The notes under the pieces are model-generated. The model worked only from the letters and a program-made list of their open reading frames with translations. It did not search any database and was not told where the DNA came from. The position numbers were made by a program, and so were the translations under genes. From the NCBI GenBank assembly GCA_934096985.1, contig CAKONC010000002.1:121421-185420 (forward strand): a stretch of 64,000 bases of DNA, in the 5' to 3' direction. The DNA is from an uncultured Bacilli bacterium. Its GTDB lineage: Bacteria; Bacillota_I; Bacilli_A; RF39; UBA660. This document shows positions 10,558-20,441 of the stretch, piece after piece (within the stretch, counting starts at the first letter, position 1; each line of letters starts with the position of its first letter).

Positions 10558-11913
10558 ATGTTTAATAATAAAAAAATACATATGATCGGTATTGGCGGAA
10601 TTTCTATGAGTGGAATTGCCGAAATATTATTATCTTTTAACACGCATATTACAGGCTATGACGTATTTTTAACAGACATTACTAAGCACTTAGAAGAAAA
10701 AGGCATCAAAGTATCAAATGTGCCAAACATTGAAAATGTAAAAAATGCTGATATCATTGTTTATACAGCAGCAATTCATGAAGACAATGAAGAACTAAAG
10801 TATGCTAGAGAAAATAATAAAATTGTTTATGAAAGAAGTACATTTTTAGGACTTTTAATGAAAGAATATGAAAATGTATTATGTATAAGTGGAACGCATG
10901 GAAAAAGCACTACTACCGGAATGGTAAGTACAATATTTTTAAAAGCAAACTTAAATCCTACAATTATGATCGGAGCCATGCTTCCAATAATTAATAGTAA
11001 TAATCATGTAGGTTCTAAAAAATATTTTATTGCGGAGAGCTGTGAATACGTAGATAGTTTTTTAGAGTTTTCCCCTACTAGTGAAATAATCCTTGATATC
11101 GATGATGATCATTTAGATTATTTTAAAAATATTGATGGTATTATTGCATCATTTAGAAAATTTGCAGATAAACTTAATAATAATGGAAATTTAATAGTGA
11201 ATATTGATGATGAAAACACAATTAAATGCATAAGCAATTTAAATAAAATAACATATGGTATATATAATAATGCAAATTATATGGCAAAAAATATCACTTA
11301 TGATGAGTTTGGTCACCCAAGATATGATTTATATATAGATGGAAAAAAGGAAACTGAAATTAGCCTATCAGTTTCTGGAATTCATAACATATATAACTCT
11401 CTTGCAGCAACTGCAATGTGTAGACTTTATGGCATCGATATAAGCGTTATTAAAGAAGGTCTTGCTACTTATACAGGAGTCGGAAGAAGATTTGAATTTT
11501 TAGGAAAAGTTAATGGTGCTTTGGTATATGATGATTATGCACATCATCCAAGTGAAATCAAAACAACATTAGATTCTGTTAAAAAAACAAATCACAATAA
11601 AAGTTATGCAATATTTCAATCACACACCTATTCAAGAACTATTGAACATTTAAATGAGTTTGCTGATGTTTTAAGTAATTTTGATAATGTTGTTATAGCT
11701 AAAATATATCCTGCTCGTGAAACTAATATTTGGAATGTTAAAGAAGAAGATTTAGTTTCATTAATTAAGGAAAAAAATTCAAATGTTATATATTTAGACA
11801 CTTTTGAAAAAATAGTTGATTATATTAAGGAAAACGTGAAAGAAAATGATTTAGTAGTTACTATTGGAGCTGGACCAATTAACGAAGTAGCTAAAGCATT
11901 AATTAAGGAGTAA
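10558..11913 (+). CDS. murC: UDP-N-acetylmuramate--L-alanine ligase
   Basis: HMIGIGGISMSGIAEIL Rossmann start, GTHGKSTTT P-loop, DDYAHHPSE motif. Confidence 0.95.
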   Translation: MFNNKKIHMIGIGGISMSGIAEILLSFNTHITGYDVFLTDITKHLEEKGIKVSNVPNIENVKNADIIVYTAAIHEDNEELKYARENNKIVYERSTFLGLLMKEYENVLCISGTHGKSTTTGMVSTIFLKANLNPTIMIGAMLPIINSNNHVGSKKYFIAESCEYVDSFLEFSPTSEIILDIDDDHLDYFKNIDGIIASFRKFADKLNNNGNLIVNIDDENTIKCISNLNKITYGIYNNANYMAKNITYDEFGHPRYDLYIDGKKETEISLSVSGIHNIYNSLAATAMCRLYGIDISVIKEGLATYTGVGRRFEFLGKVNGALVYDDYAHHPSEIKTTLDSVKKTNHNKSYAIFQSHTYSRTIEHLNEFADVLSNFDNVVIAKIYPARETNIWNVKEEDLVSLIKEKNSNVIYLDTFEKIVDYIKENVKENDLVVTIGAGPINEVAKALIKE

Positions 11914-11916
11914 AAA

Positions 11917-12450
11917 ATGAATCGTGATTTAGAAACGCCTAAAAGAAGAAATAATAGTGCTGTGGTATTAATAATATCTATAGTTATTACTATACTAATA
12001 ATATTTACCGTATTTTATTTTTTAAGAAGTGAAAAGAAAAAAGAATTTGATAAACTTTATAATGAAGATTACTACGTAAGAATAAATTTCGGTGAAACTA
12101 CTAAAGGTAATAATCTAAAAGATAAAGGTACGTTTTTAAAGGAAACTGATATTGATAAAAATTATTATCTATACATTACTAAATCAAATGTAGTCTATGC
12201 ATACTATACAGATTATTATTATATTTTTGATCCACTTCATGGCTATCATATAGATTTTCAGAAAACGCTTAATGATGATGTTGTTAAAGAAATATTAAAT
12301 CAAATCGATGAAAAGAAAGAAACTACATTGCTTAATAAAAACAAAGATGACTATTTAATACTCCGTTTTAATGATGAAAATTACTATATGAATAAAAAAT
12401 TACTTCAACAAATTCTTCAGCATTATGATGTAATTCTAGAAATAAAATAA
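11917..12450 (+). CDS. Hypothetical N-terminally anchored protein
   Basis: 177 aa with one TM segment (VVLIISIVITILIIFTVFYF). It starts 3 nt after the murC stop. Confidence 0.5.
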   Translation: MNRDLETPKRRNNSAVVLIISIVITILIIFTVFYFLRSEKKKEFDKLYNEDYYVRINFGETTKGNNLKDKGTFLKETDIDKNYYLYITKSNVVYAYYTDYYYIFDPLHGYHIDFQKTLNDDVVKEILNQIDEKKETTLLNKNKDDYLILRFNDENYYMNKKLLQQILQHYDVILEIK

Positions 12451-12471
12451 AAAAGGATATGATCCTTTTTT
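12450..12471. terminator. Bidirectional hairpin terminator
   Basis: AAAAGGAT-atg-ATCCTTTT followed by a T-run, between convergent genes. Confidence 0.6.
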
Positions 12472-12478
12472 ATTTTGG

Positions 12479-13462
12479 CTAATTTTCCTTACTAATATTT
12501 TCTAAATAATTATCTAAAATTTCAATTATTTTATTTTGGTTTCTTTCCTTACAAATCATATTTTTTACTTCACCATTATTTGGCATGCCTTTTAAATAAT
12601 ATAAGAAATGACTTCTTATTTCAATTGTTGCTTCACTTTCTCCTTTTTCTAAAACTAAATTATTTAAATGTGTTTTCATCATTTGAATTCTTTCTTCAAA
12701 AGATATTTTTTTAGGTAATTTTCCATGTTCTAGGTAATCATTGCATTCTTTAATAAGCCAAGGATTTCCTAAAAGACCTCTTCCTATCATAACAGCATCA
12801 CAGCCTGTTTCATCAAGCATTTTCTTAGCATCAAAACAGCTTACAACATCTCCATTACCTATTACTGGAATATTTACACTTTCTTTAACTTTTTTTATAA
12901 GAGACCAATCACTATGTCCCTCATAACCTTGATTTCTTGTTCTTGCATGAAGTGTTATTGCACTTGCTCCAGCTTTTTCACATATTTTAGCTACTTCAAC
13001 ACAATTTATACTGTTTTCATCCCAGCCACTACGAATTTTAACAGTTACTGGACAGGGAACGCTTTTACTAACCGCATTAACAATTTCATATATTTTTTCG
13101 GGACTTTTCAAAAGTGCACTTCCCGCTTGAGAACGCATTGCTATTTTAGGTACAGGGCAGCCCATATTAATATCAATTATATCTGGATGCATATAATCAT
13201 ATACAATTTTTGCAGCCTTGCAAAAACTATCTACATCACTTCCAAAAATTTGCTGTGATATAGGTCTTTCTTTTTCGTCCATTTTTAAAAGTTTTTTAGT
13301 TTTTTCATTACCAAAAACTAAAGCTTTATCTGAAACCATTTCTCCTACTACTAAAGATGCACCAAAATCTTTACAAATCATTCGAAAAGTTTTATTACTA
13401 ACACCAGCCATCGGAGCTACAATTATTTTTCCATTAATTTCTACATTACCTATTTTAAACAT
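12479..13462 (-). CDS. dusB: tRNA-dihydrouridine synthase (DusB-like)
   Basis: 327 aa. APMAGVSN, DINMGCP and HARTR motifs typical of Dus flavoenzymes. Confidence 0.9.
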   Translation of the reverse strand: MFKIGNVEINGKIIVAPMAGVSNKTFRMICKDFGASLVVGEMVSDKALVFGNEKTKKLLKMDEKERPISQQIFGSDVDSFCKAAKIVYDYMHPDIIDINMGCPVPKIAMRSQAGSALLKSPEKIYEIVNAVSKSVPCPVTVKIRSGWDENSINCVEVAKICEKAGASAITLHARTRNQGYEGHSDWSLIKKVKESVNIPVIGNGDVVSCFDAKKMLDETGCDAVMIGRGLLGNPWLIKECNDYLEHGKLPKKISFEERIQMMKTHLNNLVLEKGESEATIEIRSHFLYYLKGMPNNGEVKNMICKERNQNKIIEILDNYLENISKEN

Positions 13463-13527
13463 AAAAAAATCTTTCCCTTAACAGAAAAGATTATAACATC
13501 ATAAATTAGTGCTGTAAATATAATAAT

Positions 13528-14091
13528 TTATTTCAAAATTATTTTGGCAGTATCACCTTGGTTTATTAAAAAGGCACATGCATCATCTTTATCAATATGT
13601 AGTTCTAAAACGGCATTATCTTTTATCTTAACAAAGCTTTCAATAATTCCAAATTTTTCATTTCCAAGCTTAACTAAAACTTTTTCTCCATGAGTAAGAC
13701 CTAGGTTGCTTGCTTCCTCTTTAGAAATATGAATATGTCTTTGAGCAATAATACAAGCTTTTACTTCAATACTATTTTTAGGAGTTTCAATTGTAATTTT
13801 TTCTGCTCCTACCAAATCTCCACTTTCTCTTACCGGAGGATTAATACCAAACTTAATTGCATCAGATTTAGCAATTTCTACTTGGGTATAATCACGACAT
13901 GGACCCAAAACTTTTACATTATCAATTTTAAATTTATCAGTTTTCAAAGTAACAACTTTATCAGTAACAAACTCCTCAGGTTGTTTTAAATTTTTCAAAA
14001 TATTATACGGTTCATCAAATAAAATGTCATAAACCTCTTTACTTAAATGAACATGTCTATTACTAATACCTATATCTATCTCTTTTTCCAT
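13528..14091 (-). CDS. pduL: Phosphate propanoyltransferase / phosphotransacylase PduL
   Basis: 187 aa with duplicated NRHVHLS / QRHIHIS motifs, characteristic of the two PduL repeats. Confidence 0.8.
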   Translation of the reverse strand: MEKEIDIGISNRHVHLSKEVYDILFDEPYNILKNLKQPEEFVTDKVVTLKTDKFKIDNVKVLGPCRDYTQVEIAKSDAIKFGINPPVRESGDLVGAEKITIETPKNSIEVKACIIAQRHIHISKEEASNLGLTHGEKVLVKLGNEKFGIIESFVKIKDNAVLELHIDKDDACAFLINQGDTAKIILK

Positions 14092-15068
14092 TTTTTCTCC
14101 TTTAATACCATAAATGGTTTACATAATACAAAACTTATAAAATAACTACTAAAAAATATTACGATTAAACAAATTATAATAGAGTATGCAGAACAATATT
14201 TTAGTAAATCATAATGCTCAATTATATAACAAAATATTAAATTACTAAACAAATATGTACCAAACAAATAAGGTGTAAATGTTTTGAATTTTATATCACT
14301 CTTATCATTAAAATTAATTATATAATAAATAAGTATAGTCAAAAGCATCATCAGTAAATTATTATTTTCTATTAAAGTTCTATCAAAATTTTGCATACTC
14401 TTTGATAAAGCATATGTAATTATTACTATATAAGTAAATAATATTAAACTAATAACAACGCTTAGTATCAAATTTTTAGTTTTTTTACTATCAACATTTT
14501 TTATTAAATAACCCATTATAAAATAGCTTATCATCATAGAGTTATTTATTAAAGGAATATCTAAAGTAAAAGTAAATTCTTTAAATAAACCTATTAAGTT
14601 TAATGTACTCCATAAAAGTACCAAAACAATAAATAATTTACTTTCTTTTTTAGTCATATTAGTAACTAATCTTTTTATAAAAGGATAAATTATATAAAGA
14701 CCTAAAATATTAAATAATATACTCAAATGACTATTAAACGGATTAAAGAGATATTTATAAAAATGATTTAAATTATGATTAAAAAAAAGCATATTTATAA
14801 AAGTGAAAATTACAAATATAAAAATTATAAATAAAATATTTTTAATATAATTTTTTAAACTAAACTCAGTATTAAGTAAGTAATAGCCCATTGTCATTAT
14901 AAAAAGTGGTAATCCTATTTTTCCTAAGATATAATATATTGCTGAAAAAACGAAATATACATTTCCGTAATTATTAAATGTGTAAGTATAATTCTTTGCT
15001 ATAAATGAAAGCAGCATCAAAATAATACTTATAAAAAATGTTTTATTAATACTTAAATCTTTTTTCAT
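14076..15068 (-). CDS. Polytopic membrane protein, possibly acyltransferase-3 family
   Basis: 330 aa with about 9-10 TM segments. GLPLFIMTMGYYLL resembles the acyltransferase_3 core. The family call is weak. Confidence 0.4.
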   Translation of the reverse strand: MKKDLSINKTFFISIILMLLSFIAKNYTYTFNNYGNVYFVFSAIYYILGKIGLPLFIMTMGYYLLNTEFSLKNYIKNILFIIFIFVIFTFINMLFFNHNLNHFYKYLFNPFNSHLSILFNILGLYIIYPFIKRLVTNMTKKESKLFIVLVLLWSTLNLIGLFKEFTFTLDIPLINNSMMISYFIMGYLIKNVDSKKTKNLILSVVISLILFTYIVIITYALSKSMQNFDRTLIENNNLLMMLLTILIYYIINFNDKSDIKFKTFTPYLFGTYLFSNLIFCYIIEHYDLLKYCSAYSIIICLIVIFFSSYFISFVLCKPFMVLKEKKWKKR

Positions 15069-15069
15069 G

Positions 15070-15165
15070 TTATTTAATTATGTATGTAATTACTCTTGCA
15101 ATTGATATACCGAACAATATAATAGAAAAACAAAATACTAAACTTCTATAAATTTCTTTTTTCAT
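15070..15165 (-). CDS. Candidate 31-aa membrane peptide (below the ORF-track cutoff)
   Basis: MKKEIYRSLVFCFSIILFGISIARVITYIIK. AAAGGAA lies 5 nt upstream of the ATG, which falls just after the TAG stop of the upstream gene. Support comes from sequence context only. Confidence 0.3.
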   Translation of the reverse strand: MKKEIYRSLVFCFSIILFGISIARVITYIIK

Positions 15166-15177
15166 ACATGTTCCTTT

Positions 15178-15792
15178 CTATAAAATAATTTTTTTAATAT
15201 TTACTAAATTGCTATCTTCAAAATTTAATTTATATATACTTATGTCATTTATATCACCAGAATAAACAACATCATCATTATATTCTAAAATAAGTTCATC
15301 TTCAAGGTTATAACCAACTTTTGTATGATTTATTAAATAACTTAATATCGTCCTTAAATGTGTAAAAACAACTACTTTATTTACTTTATTTAAATATACA
15401 ATATGATTTATACTATCTGTAAATCTTTTGCAAGTTTCATTTAACGATTCTCCTTTTTCAAGTTTTATATTAAAATCATGTTCTTGCATAAAATAAATAT
15501 TTTTTAAATCTTTATTTTTAATATCTCCCACTATAGGAGCATCTAATTTATCATCTAAATAAACATCTTTTTTTAGTCTTTTTGCTAAATATTGAGCAAA
15601 TATTCTTGCACTAGCACTTGTTGATGAATATATAGCACCAGTGTTATTAAACATGGTTAGTAAAGAAAGTCTTTGTGCATAATCTTTATTTTTACTAAAC
15701 AAAGGTATCTTTAGTTTTTTTTTATCTATTTTATTTTCATTATAAAGTAAGTTATTTTCTATTAAATTATTACTTACCAAAATAACTTCCAT
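15178..15792 (-). CDS. Histidine-phosphatase-superfamily-like protein lacking the N-terminal RHG motif
   Basis: IYSSTSASARIFAQ, GESLNE and VVVFTHLRTILSYL match the family layout, but the N-terminal catalytic RHGE/Q position reads VSNN. Confidence 0.45.
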   Translation of the reverse strand: MEVILVSNNLIENNLLYNENKIDKKKLKIPLFSKNKDYAQRLSLLTMFNNTGAIYSSTSASARIFAQYLAKRLKKDVYLDDKLDAPIVGDIKNKDLKNIYFMQEHDFNIKLEKGESLNETCKRFTDSINHIVYLNKVNKVVVFTHLRTILSYLINHTKVGYNLEDELILEYNDDVVYSGDINDISIYKLNFEDSNLVNIKKIIL

Positions 15793-15796
15793 TAGT

Positions 15797-16645
15797 TTAA
15801 TCCTCTTTTAAATATTTTGCACTTAATACATAACCAATTAAAAGTAAAACCATACCAACTATAAATTCTGCTACTTTAATTTTATAACCAAATATTAGAA
15901 TTATTATATTCACAATTGAGGCAAATACAAAACCTACAATAGCAAAATATGTTTTAATTTTATGTTTTTCAAGTAAATATTCCATAAGTTTACTAACAGC
16001 AATTATACCTATAAGCATTCCTATACCAAAAACAATTATTATAAAAATATTCGGATTTAAATTGTTAAAATGGACAGTTTCAGAAATAATATTTAAAAGT
16101 GGTGTATAGTATCCTAAAATAACTAGTATAGCTGAACCACTAACTCCTGGAATAATCATTGTACCAGCAGCAATAATTCCTACACCAAATAATTTTAAAT
16201 AACCAGTTAAATCAGTGCTTACACTTACACCTTCCTTACTTCCAAGAAGTGATATACCGATTAGAATTAAAGCACCAACAACTGTACATAAAATATTTGC
16301 TATAGAATATTTTTTTTCAGTTTTTTGAACTATCATCTTAACTCCACCAAGGATTAAGCCTACGAAAAATAATAATGTTGCCACAGGAAATTTATTTAAT
16401 GTAATATTTAAAAGTAAGCAACAACATATTGCAGATGCTACAACTCCTAAAGCAAAAAATATTATGAACTTTTTATTTTCCTTAAATGATGAAAAGAAAT
16501 TATTTATTATCTTAATAATTCTTTCGTAAATTCCCATTGTCATAGCAAGAACTGATGAACTAATTGGAAATATAATACCAAAACCTATTACAAAACCTTT
16601 TAAAAATGTAATAAGTGCATTGTCTTCTTTTTTAGTTTTTGTCAT
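15797..16645 (-). CDS. DUF368-family membrane protein (candidate polyprenyl-phosphate transporter type)
   Basis: 282 aa and polytopic, with a duplicated motif (FPISSSVLAMTMGIY and IIPGVSGSAILVILGYY) typical of DUF368. Confidence 0.8.
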   Translation of the reverse strand: MTKTKKEDNALITFLKGFVIGFGIIFPISSSVLAMTMGIYERIIKIINNFFSSFKENKKFIIFFALGVVASAICCCLLLNITLNKFPVATLLFFVGLILGGVKMIVQKTEKKYSIANILCTVVGALILIGISLLGSKEGVSVSTDLTGYLKLFGVGIIAAGTMIIPGVSGSAILVILGYYTPLLNIISETVHFNNLNPNIFIIIVFGIGMLIGIIAVSKLMEYLLEKHKIKTYFAIVGFVFASIVNIIILIFGYKIKVAEFIVGMVLLLIGYVLSAKYLKED

Positions 16646-17711
16646 TTTCCACCTCTATCTTTTTAATTTCAACTCTATTTATAGAATCAAATTTCTTTGT
16701 AATTTTTTCTGTTGTCGTAGAAAGTTCATCTACGGAATTATTAACCGCTTTTATATTCTTAGATAGTTTATCCCAACGATCTTTATATCTTGAAAACTCA
16801 ATGCTTAACTTATTTAATTCATCATGAATAACTTTAGCATACTTATCTCTTTCAATATTTTTAATAATCATTGATATCGTAGATAATGTAGATATTAATG
16901 TAGTTGGGCCGGTTATCCATACCTTACTATTATAAGCATACGTAATAAGTTCAGGATGATACGCATTTATTTCAGCAAAAATTGCTTCCGCAGGTAAAAA
17001 CATAATTGCTTCATCACTAGTTACCCCTGGAATAATATATTTTTCCTTAATATCATTAATATGTTTCTTCACATCTTGAACAAACAATTTTTCATAATAT
17101 AATCTTTCTTCTTTAGTCTTACTTCTATCAGTCATTTTTTGATAATTTTCAAGTGGAAATTTACTATCAATCGAAATTGTTCCAAGGGGAGCTGGTGCAA
17201 ATAAAAGTGCATCAACTATATATCCATTTTCAAATTTATATTGAGATTTATAAATTCCCGTTGAGGAAGAACCAAAAGCATTATTTAAAATGTATTCAAG
17301 ACTAACCTCTCCAAATGTACCTCTTGTCTTTTTATCAGTTAATACGCCTTGTAAAGAAATGATGTCTGCTCCTAAATCATCAATTTTCTTTTGTGCTTCA
17401 TCGATTTTTGAAAGTCTTTCTAAAACAGAATTAAATGTTTTATTACTCTTTTCAAAGTTTTTATCAAGTCTTTCATTAACCATATCATTTATTAAAGTTA
17501 ACTTTCTTTCAACCCTTTCGTTTAATGAATCAAAATCCTCTCTTAAGATTTTAGAAAAATCATATTTAAAATCACCAATTGATTTTGTAATATTTGTATC
17601 AAACTTGCCTAATTTTTCAACTATATCACTATTATTATTCTTTCTAGATAATAAAATAATTAGTAAAATTATAGTGAAAATTAAAAGGCCTATTATTATG
17701 TAATCTATCAT
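16632..17711 (-). CDS. rmuC: DNA recombination protein RmuC
   Basis: N-terminal TM, coiled coil, then KKTRGTFGEVSLEYIL and IDSKFPLENY motifs. Confidence 0.85.
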   Translation of the reverse strand: MIDYIIIGLLIFTIILLIILLSRKNNNSDIVEKLGKFDTNITKSIGDFKYDFSKILREDFDSLNERVERKLTLINDMVNERLDKNFEKSNKTFNSVLERLSKIDEAQKKIDDLGADIISLQGVLTDKKTRGTFGEVSLEYILNNAFGSSSTGIYKSQYKFENGYIVDALLFAPAPLGTISIDSKFPLENYQKMTDRSKTKEERLYYEKLFVQDVKKHINDIKEKYIIPGVTSDEAIMFLPAEAIFAEINAYHPELITYAYNSKVWITGPTTLISTLSTISMIIKNIERDKYAKVIHDELNKLSIEFSRYKDRWDKLSKNIKAVNNSVDELSTTTEKITKKFDSINRVEIKKIEVENDKN

Positions 17712-18112
17712 TTGTCAGCCTTTCTCATTATTTGCATTAATGTATTATCCATTTTAACCGGACTAATATAAATTTCTTTTCCATTTTTAAGCCTTAAAGC
17801 AATTCTTTTGTAAGATGTTGAATAAAATGGATTTATATTACTTACTATAAAGCATTTTTTTATATTTTTATATGGAATTACTTTTTTTATAAAACCTGCT
17901 CTAATTGTAATACTTTTTTCATTTATTCTATATACTCTAAAATAGAAAAATATTATTAAGCCAAGAATAATTATTAAAAAAGCTATTCCTAAAACAACAT
18001 ATAAAGTATTTACATGCAATGCTAAAATTATGGAAATAAATACTAAACAAATTGTAAAATAGATTCCAAAAAAAACATAATAAAAATTGTCATAATAATT
18101 TTTTATTTTCAT
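17708..18112 (-). CDS. Membrane protein with a bacterial PH-like domain
   Basis: 134 aa with two TM segments followed by a short beta-rich domain. Translationally coupled (4-nt overlaps) to both neighbours. Confidence 0.45.
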   Translation of the reverse strand: MKIKNYYDNFYYVFFGIYFTICLVFISIILALHVNTLYVVLGIAFLIIILGLIIFFYFRVYRINEKSITIRAGFIKKVIPYKNIKKCFIVSNINPFYSTSYKRIALRLKNGKEIYISPVKMDNTLMQIMRKADK

Positions 18113-18798
18113 TTGTCATCCTTACATCTTATGTTTTCTACATAAAAATTACCTGAAAAAGATTTGCCTTGAATACTTGCTTGTGATTCAGCTAAAATAT
18201 AAAATTTTAAGTTAATATTCCAAGACTGAGTCGTACCTGTACCATTTAAATCTTTTATTACCGCATCTTTAACAACAACTTTTTTGTAACCAACATTTCC
18301 ACTTTTTGCACTCCATGACGAATCATAAGCAAAGTTTTTTTCAGTACTATAATTATTGGTTCCAACATTTGCTCCTTTTATTGTTAAAGTTAATTCTTTT
18401 GAATTTGGATTTGTTACTGGAGTTTCAGTATCTCCATAAACCTTACTATCAGTGTCATATTCAAATACTATATCATAGATGCAGCTATAACTACTTGAAG
18501 CTGCACCTAAAGTTAAAGTTACATTCAAATTACTATTACTATCTGCTACTACATCTCCAGCTGAAGCATTAATCATATTTGCAAGTGTTGCATGTAAATC
18601 AAGTGGCGCAGATGTTGAAACAAATGAAGTTGATATGCCTTTTCCGGTAGTTACATTTACAGCAGCTTTATTATTTACTTTAGCACTAAATGAACCAAAA
18701 TATGCAAATGAAGCACCAGCAACAATAGCTAGTAAAAAAATAATTGCAAAAATACTTGTTATATTTAATTTCTTTGTAATTTCATTATTTTCATTCAT
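18109..18798 (-). CDS. Secreted/surface protein with a SipW-cognate-like signal peptide
   Basis: The N-terminus KKLNITSIFAIIFLLAIVAGASFAYFGS resembles the TasA/camelysin-type signal (G-x-x-x-AYF). The mature part is Ser/Thr/Asn-rich and beta-like. Confidence 0.5.
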   Translation of the reverse strand: MNENNEITKKLNITSIFAIIFLLAIVAGASFAYFGSFSAKVNNKAAVNVTTGKGISTSFVSTSAPLDLHATLANMINASAGDVVADSNSNLNVTLTLGAASSSYSCIYDIVFEYDTDSKVYGDTETPVTNPNSKELTLTIKGANVGTNNYSTEKNFAYDSSWSAKSGNVGYKKVVVKDAVIKDLNGTGTTQSWNINLKFYILAESQASIQGKSFSGNFYVENIRCKDDK

Positions 18799-18843
18799 AA
18801 TAAATCTATCCTTACAATTAATATAATACTATATTTTAAGATT

Positions 18844-18880
18844 AAAAAAAAGAATAAATAATAAAATTTATTCTTTTTTT
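18844..18880 (-). terminator. Rho-independent terminator
   Basis: AGAATAAAT-aataaa-ATTTATTCT flanked by A and T runs, downstream of the transporter gene. Confidence 0.6.
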
Positions 18881-18895
18881 GTAAAATACTTTCTA

Positions 18896-20371
18896 TTAAT
18901 AATAAACTATTGTAGCTAAAATTAATAGTGCAACTAGCATTAATAATGCAAACATCCATATATATTTAAACCATGATTTATAATCAATTTTTAAATATGA
19001 TAGTCCAACCATTAAAAGGCCACTTGCAGGTACAAAAATTTGAACAATTCCGTAAGTAGTAACATATAAAGTATGAATAAGTGATAAACTTTCAGAATAT
19101 CCTGTACTTACAAATTTTCCTATTAAATAACCTGTGTATCCTAAATCGGCATGGAATATTGATGATACAAATGCAGTTAAAGTAGCAATGTATGGATTAA
19201 ATGTCTTAGTTAAACCATAAGCCCAATTAGTTACAGTTGGAATAAATGGTGCCATATATGCAGTAACAAATATAGAATAAACTAATACATATAAACATAC
19301 AGGTTTAAGCATTTTTTTAGCTCCAGAACCAAAGTTTACTAAGTAATCATTAAATGATACTCTGTCCATAGCAGCAGCAATAACTGACATAATAAATACT
19401 ATAACAGTTATAGTTGTAACTTCAAATGAACCAAATGCAGTAGCGGAAGTTCCTAATAAATATTTAAATAAAGTAAAGTCCTTACCAATAGTTAAACCAG
19501 TTAACCAAGTATGGAAGTCACTAAAAATAGTTATTTTGAAATTATTTTCCCAGTCGATAAATCCAAGTACTATAAATATAGCAAGAACTGTGAAAATTAC
19601 TACTACTGGCCAAGTTGAAATTTTTCCCTTAACTTCTTCAACAGCAAATGGATCACTTTCAAGTTCTTCTTCAGTATTTACTTTTTTCTTATTTTTTCTT
19701 GTAAGACGTAATACTAATAAAGCTTCATAACCAATAAGTGCAATTACAGCAATGATAATACGATATTTTAATCCAATATCAATTCCTGTTCCTACATAGT
19801 TATTAAAGTAACTTAAACTATCAGTACCATAAGTACATCCTAAAGCACCAGCAATAATTGAACCAAATGTAACAATAAATGCTGTCAATTTATCGAACTT
19901 AGCATTTAATAAAATTGATATTACAAAAGGAACAAATACTAATAAAGCAAATGTATTCTTTAAAAGTGATGCTAAAATTGCAAATAAGCATGAAATAATT
20001 ATGCTAAATAAAAGTTCTTTTCCTTTTATTTTTTTAGCAATTTTTTTAACTGTTGCCTCATAAATCTTTGTTTTAGATAAAACACCATAAAATCCGCCTA
20101 AAACAAATAGGAAAATTAATGTTGTTAGTCCAAAATATGCGCCATAGTAAACTATAGATGTAAGATCTCCAAGGCCTAGACGATTCATTCCATATTCTGT
20201 GTATGTTGTTCCACTAAAGTAACCATAAGGAATTACCCAAGTAAAACAGAATGCAACAAAGAAAATGATAAGTAACCATCTGAATAAATCACTATGTTTG
20301 CTTTTACATGTTAATACTGCAAAAAATGCTGCAAGAGCAAGTACTATAACAATGCCAATAACAATTCCCAT
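18896..20371 (-). CDS. YfcC/DcuC-like family polytopic transporter
   Basis: 491 aa with more than 10 TM segments. LGGFYGVLSKTKIYEATVKKIAKKIKGKELL resembles the YfcC-family signature region. Substrate unknown. Confidence 0.5.
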   Translation of the reverse strand: MGIVIGIVIVLALAAFFAVLTCKSKHSDLFRWLLIIFFVAFCFTWVIPYGYFSGTTYTEYGMNRLGLGDLTSIVYYGAYFGLTTLIFLFVLGGFYGVLSKTKIYEATVKKIAKKIKGKELLFSIIISCLFAILASLLKNTFALLVFVPFVISILLNAKFDKLTAFIVTFGSIIAGALGCTYGTDSLSYFNNYVGTGIDIGLKYRIIIAVIALIGYEALLVLRLTRKNKKKVNTEEELESDPFAVEEVKGKISTWPVVVIFTVLAIFIVLGFIDWENNFKITIFSDFHTWLTGLTIGKDFTLFKYLLGTSATAFGSFEVTTITVIVFIMSVIAAAMDRVSFNDYLVNFGSGAKKMLKPVCLYVLVYSIFVTAYMAPFIPTVTNWAYGLTKTFNPYIATLTAFVSSIFHADLGYTGYLIGKFVSTGYSESLSLIHTLYVTTYGIVQIFVPASGLLMVGLSYLKIDYKSWFKYIWMFALLMLVALLILATIVYY

Positions 20372-20408
20372 ATTCTACCTCCTTAACAAAATTATACTAC
20401 GTATAAAA

Positions 20409-20441
20409 TAAAAAAAAAAGCAAATTACACTTTTTTTGCTT
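20409..20441 (-). terminator. Rho-independent terminator of lysS
   Basis: On the minus strand: AAGCAAA-loop-TTTGCTT followed by a long T-run. Confidence 0.6.
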
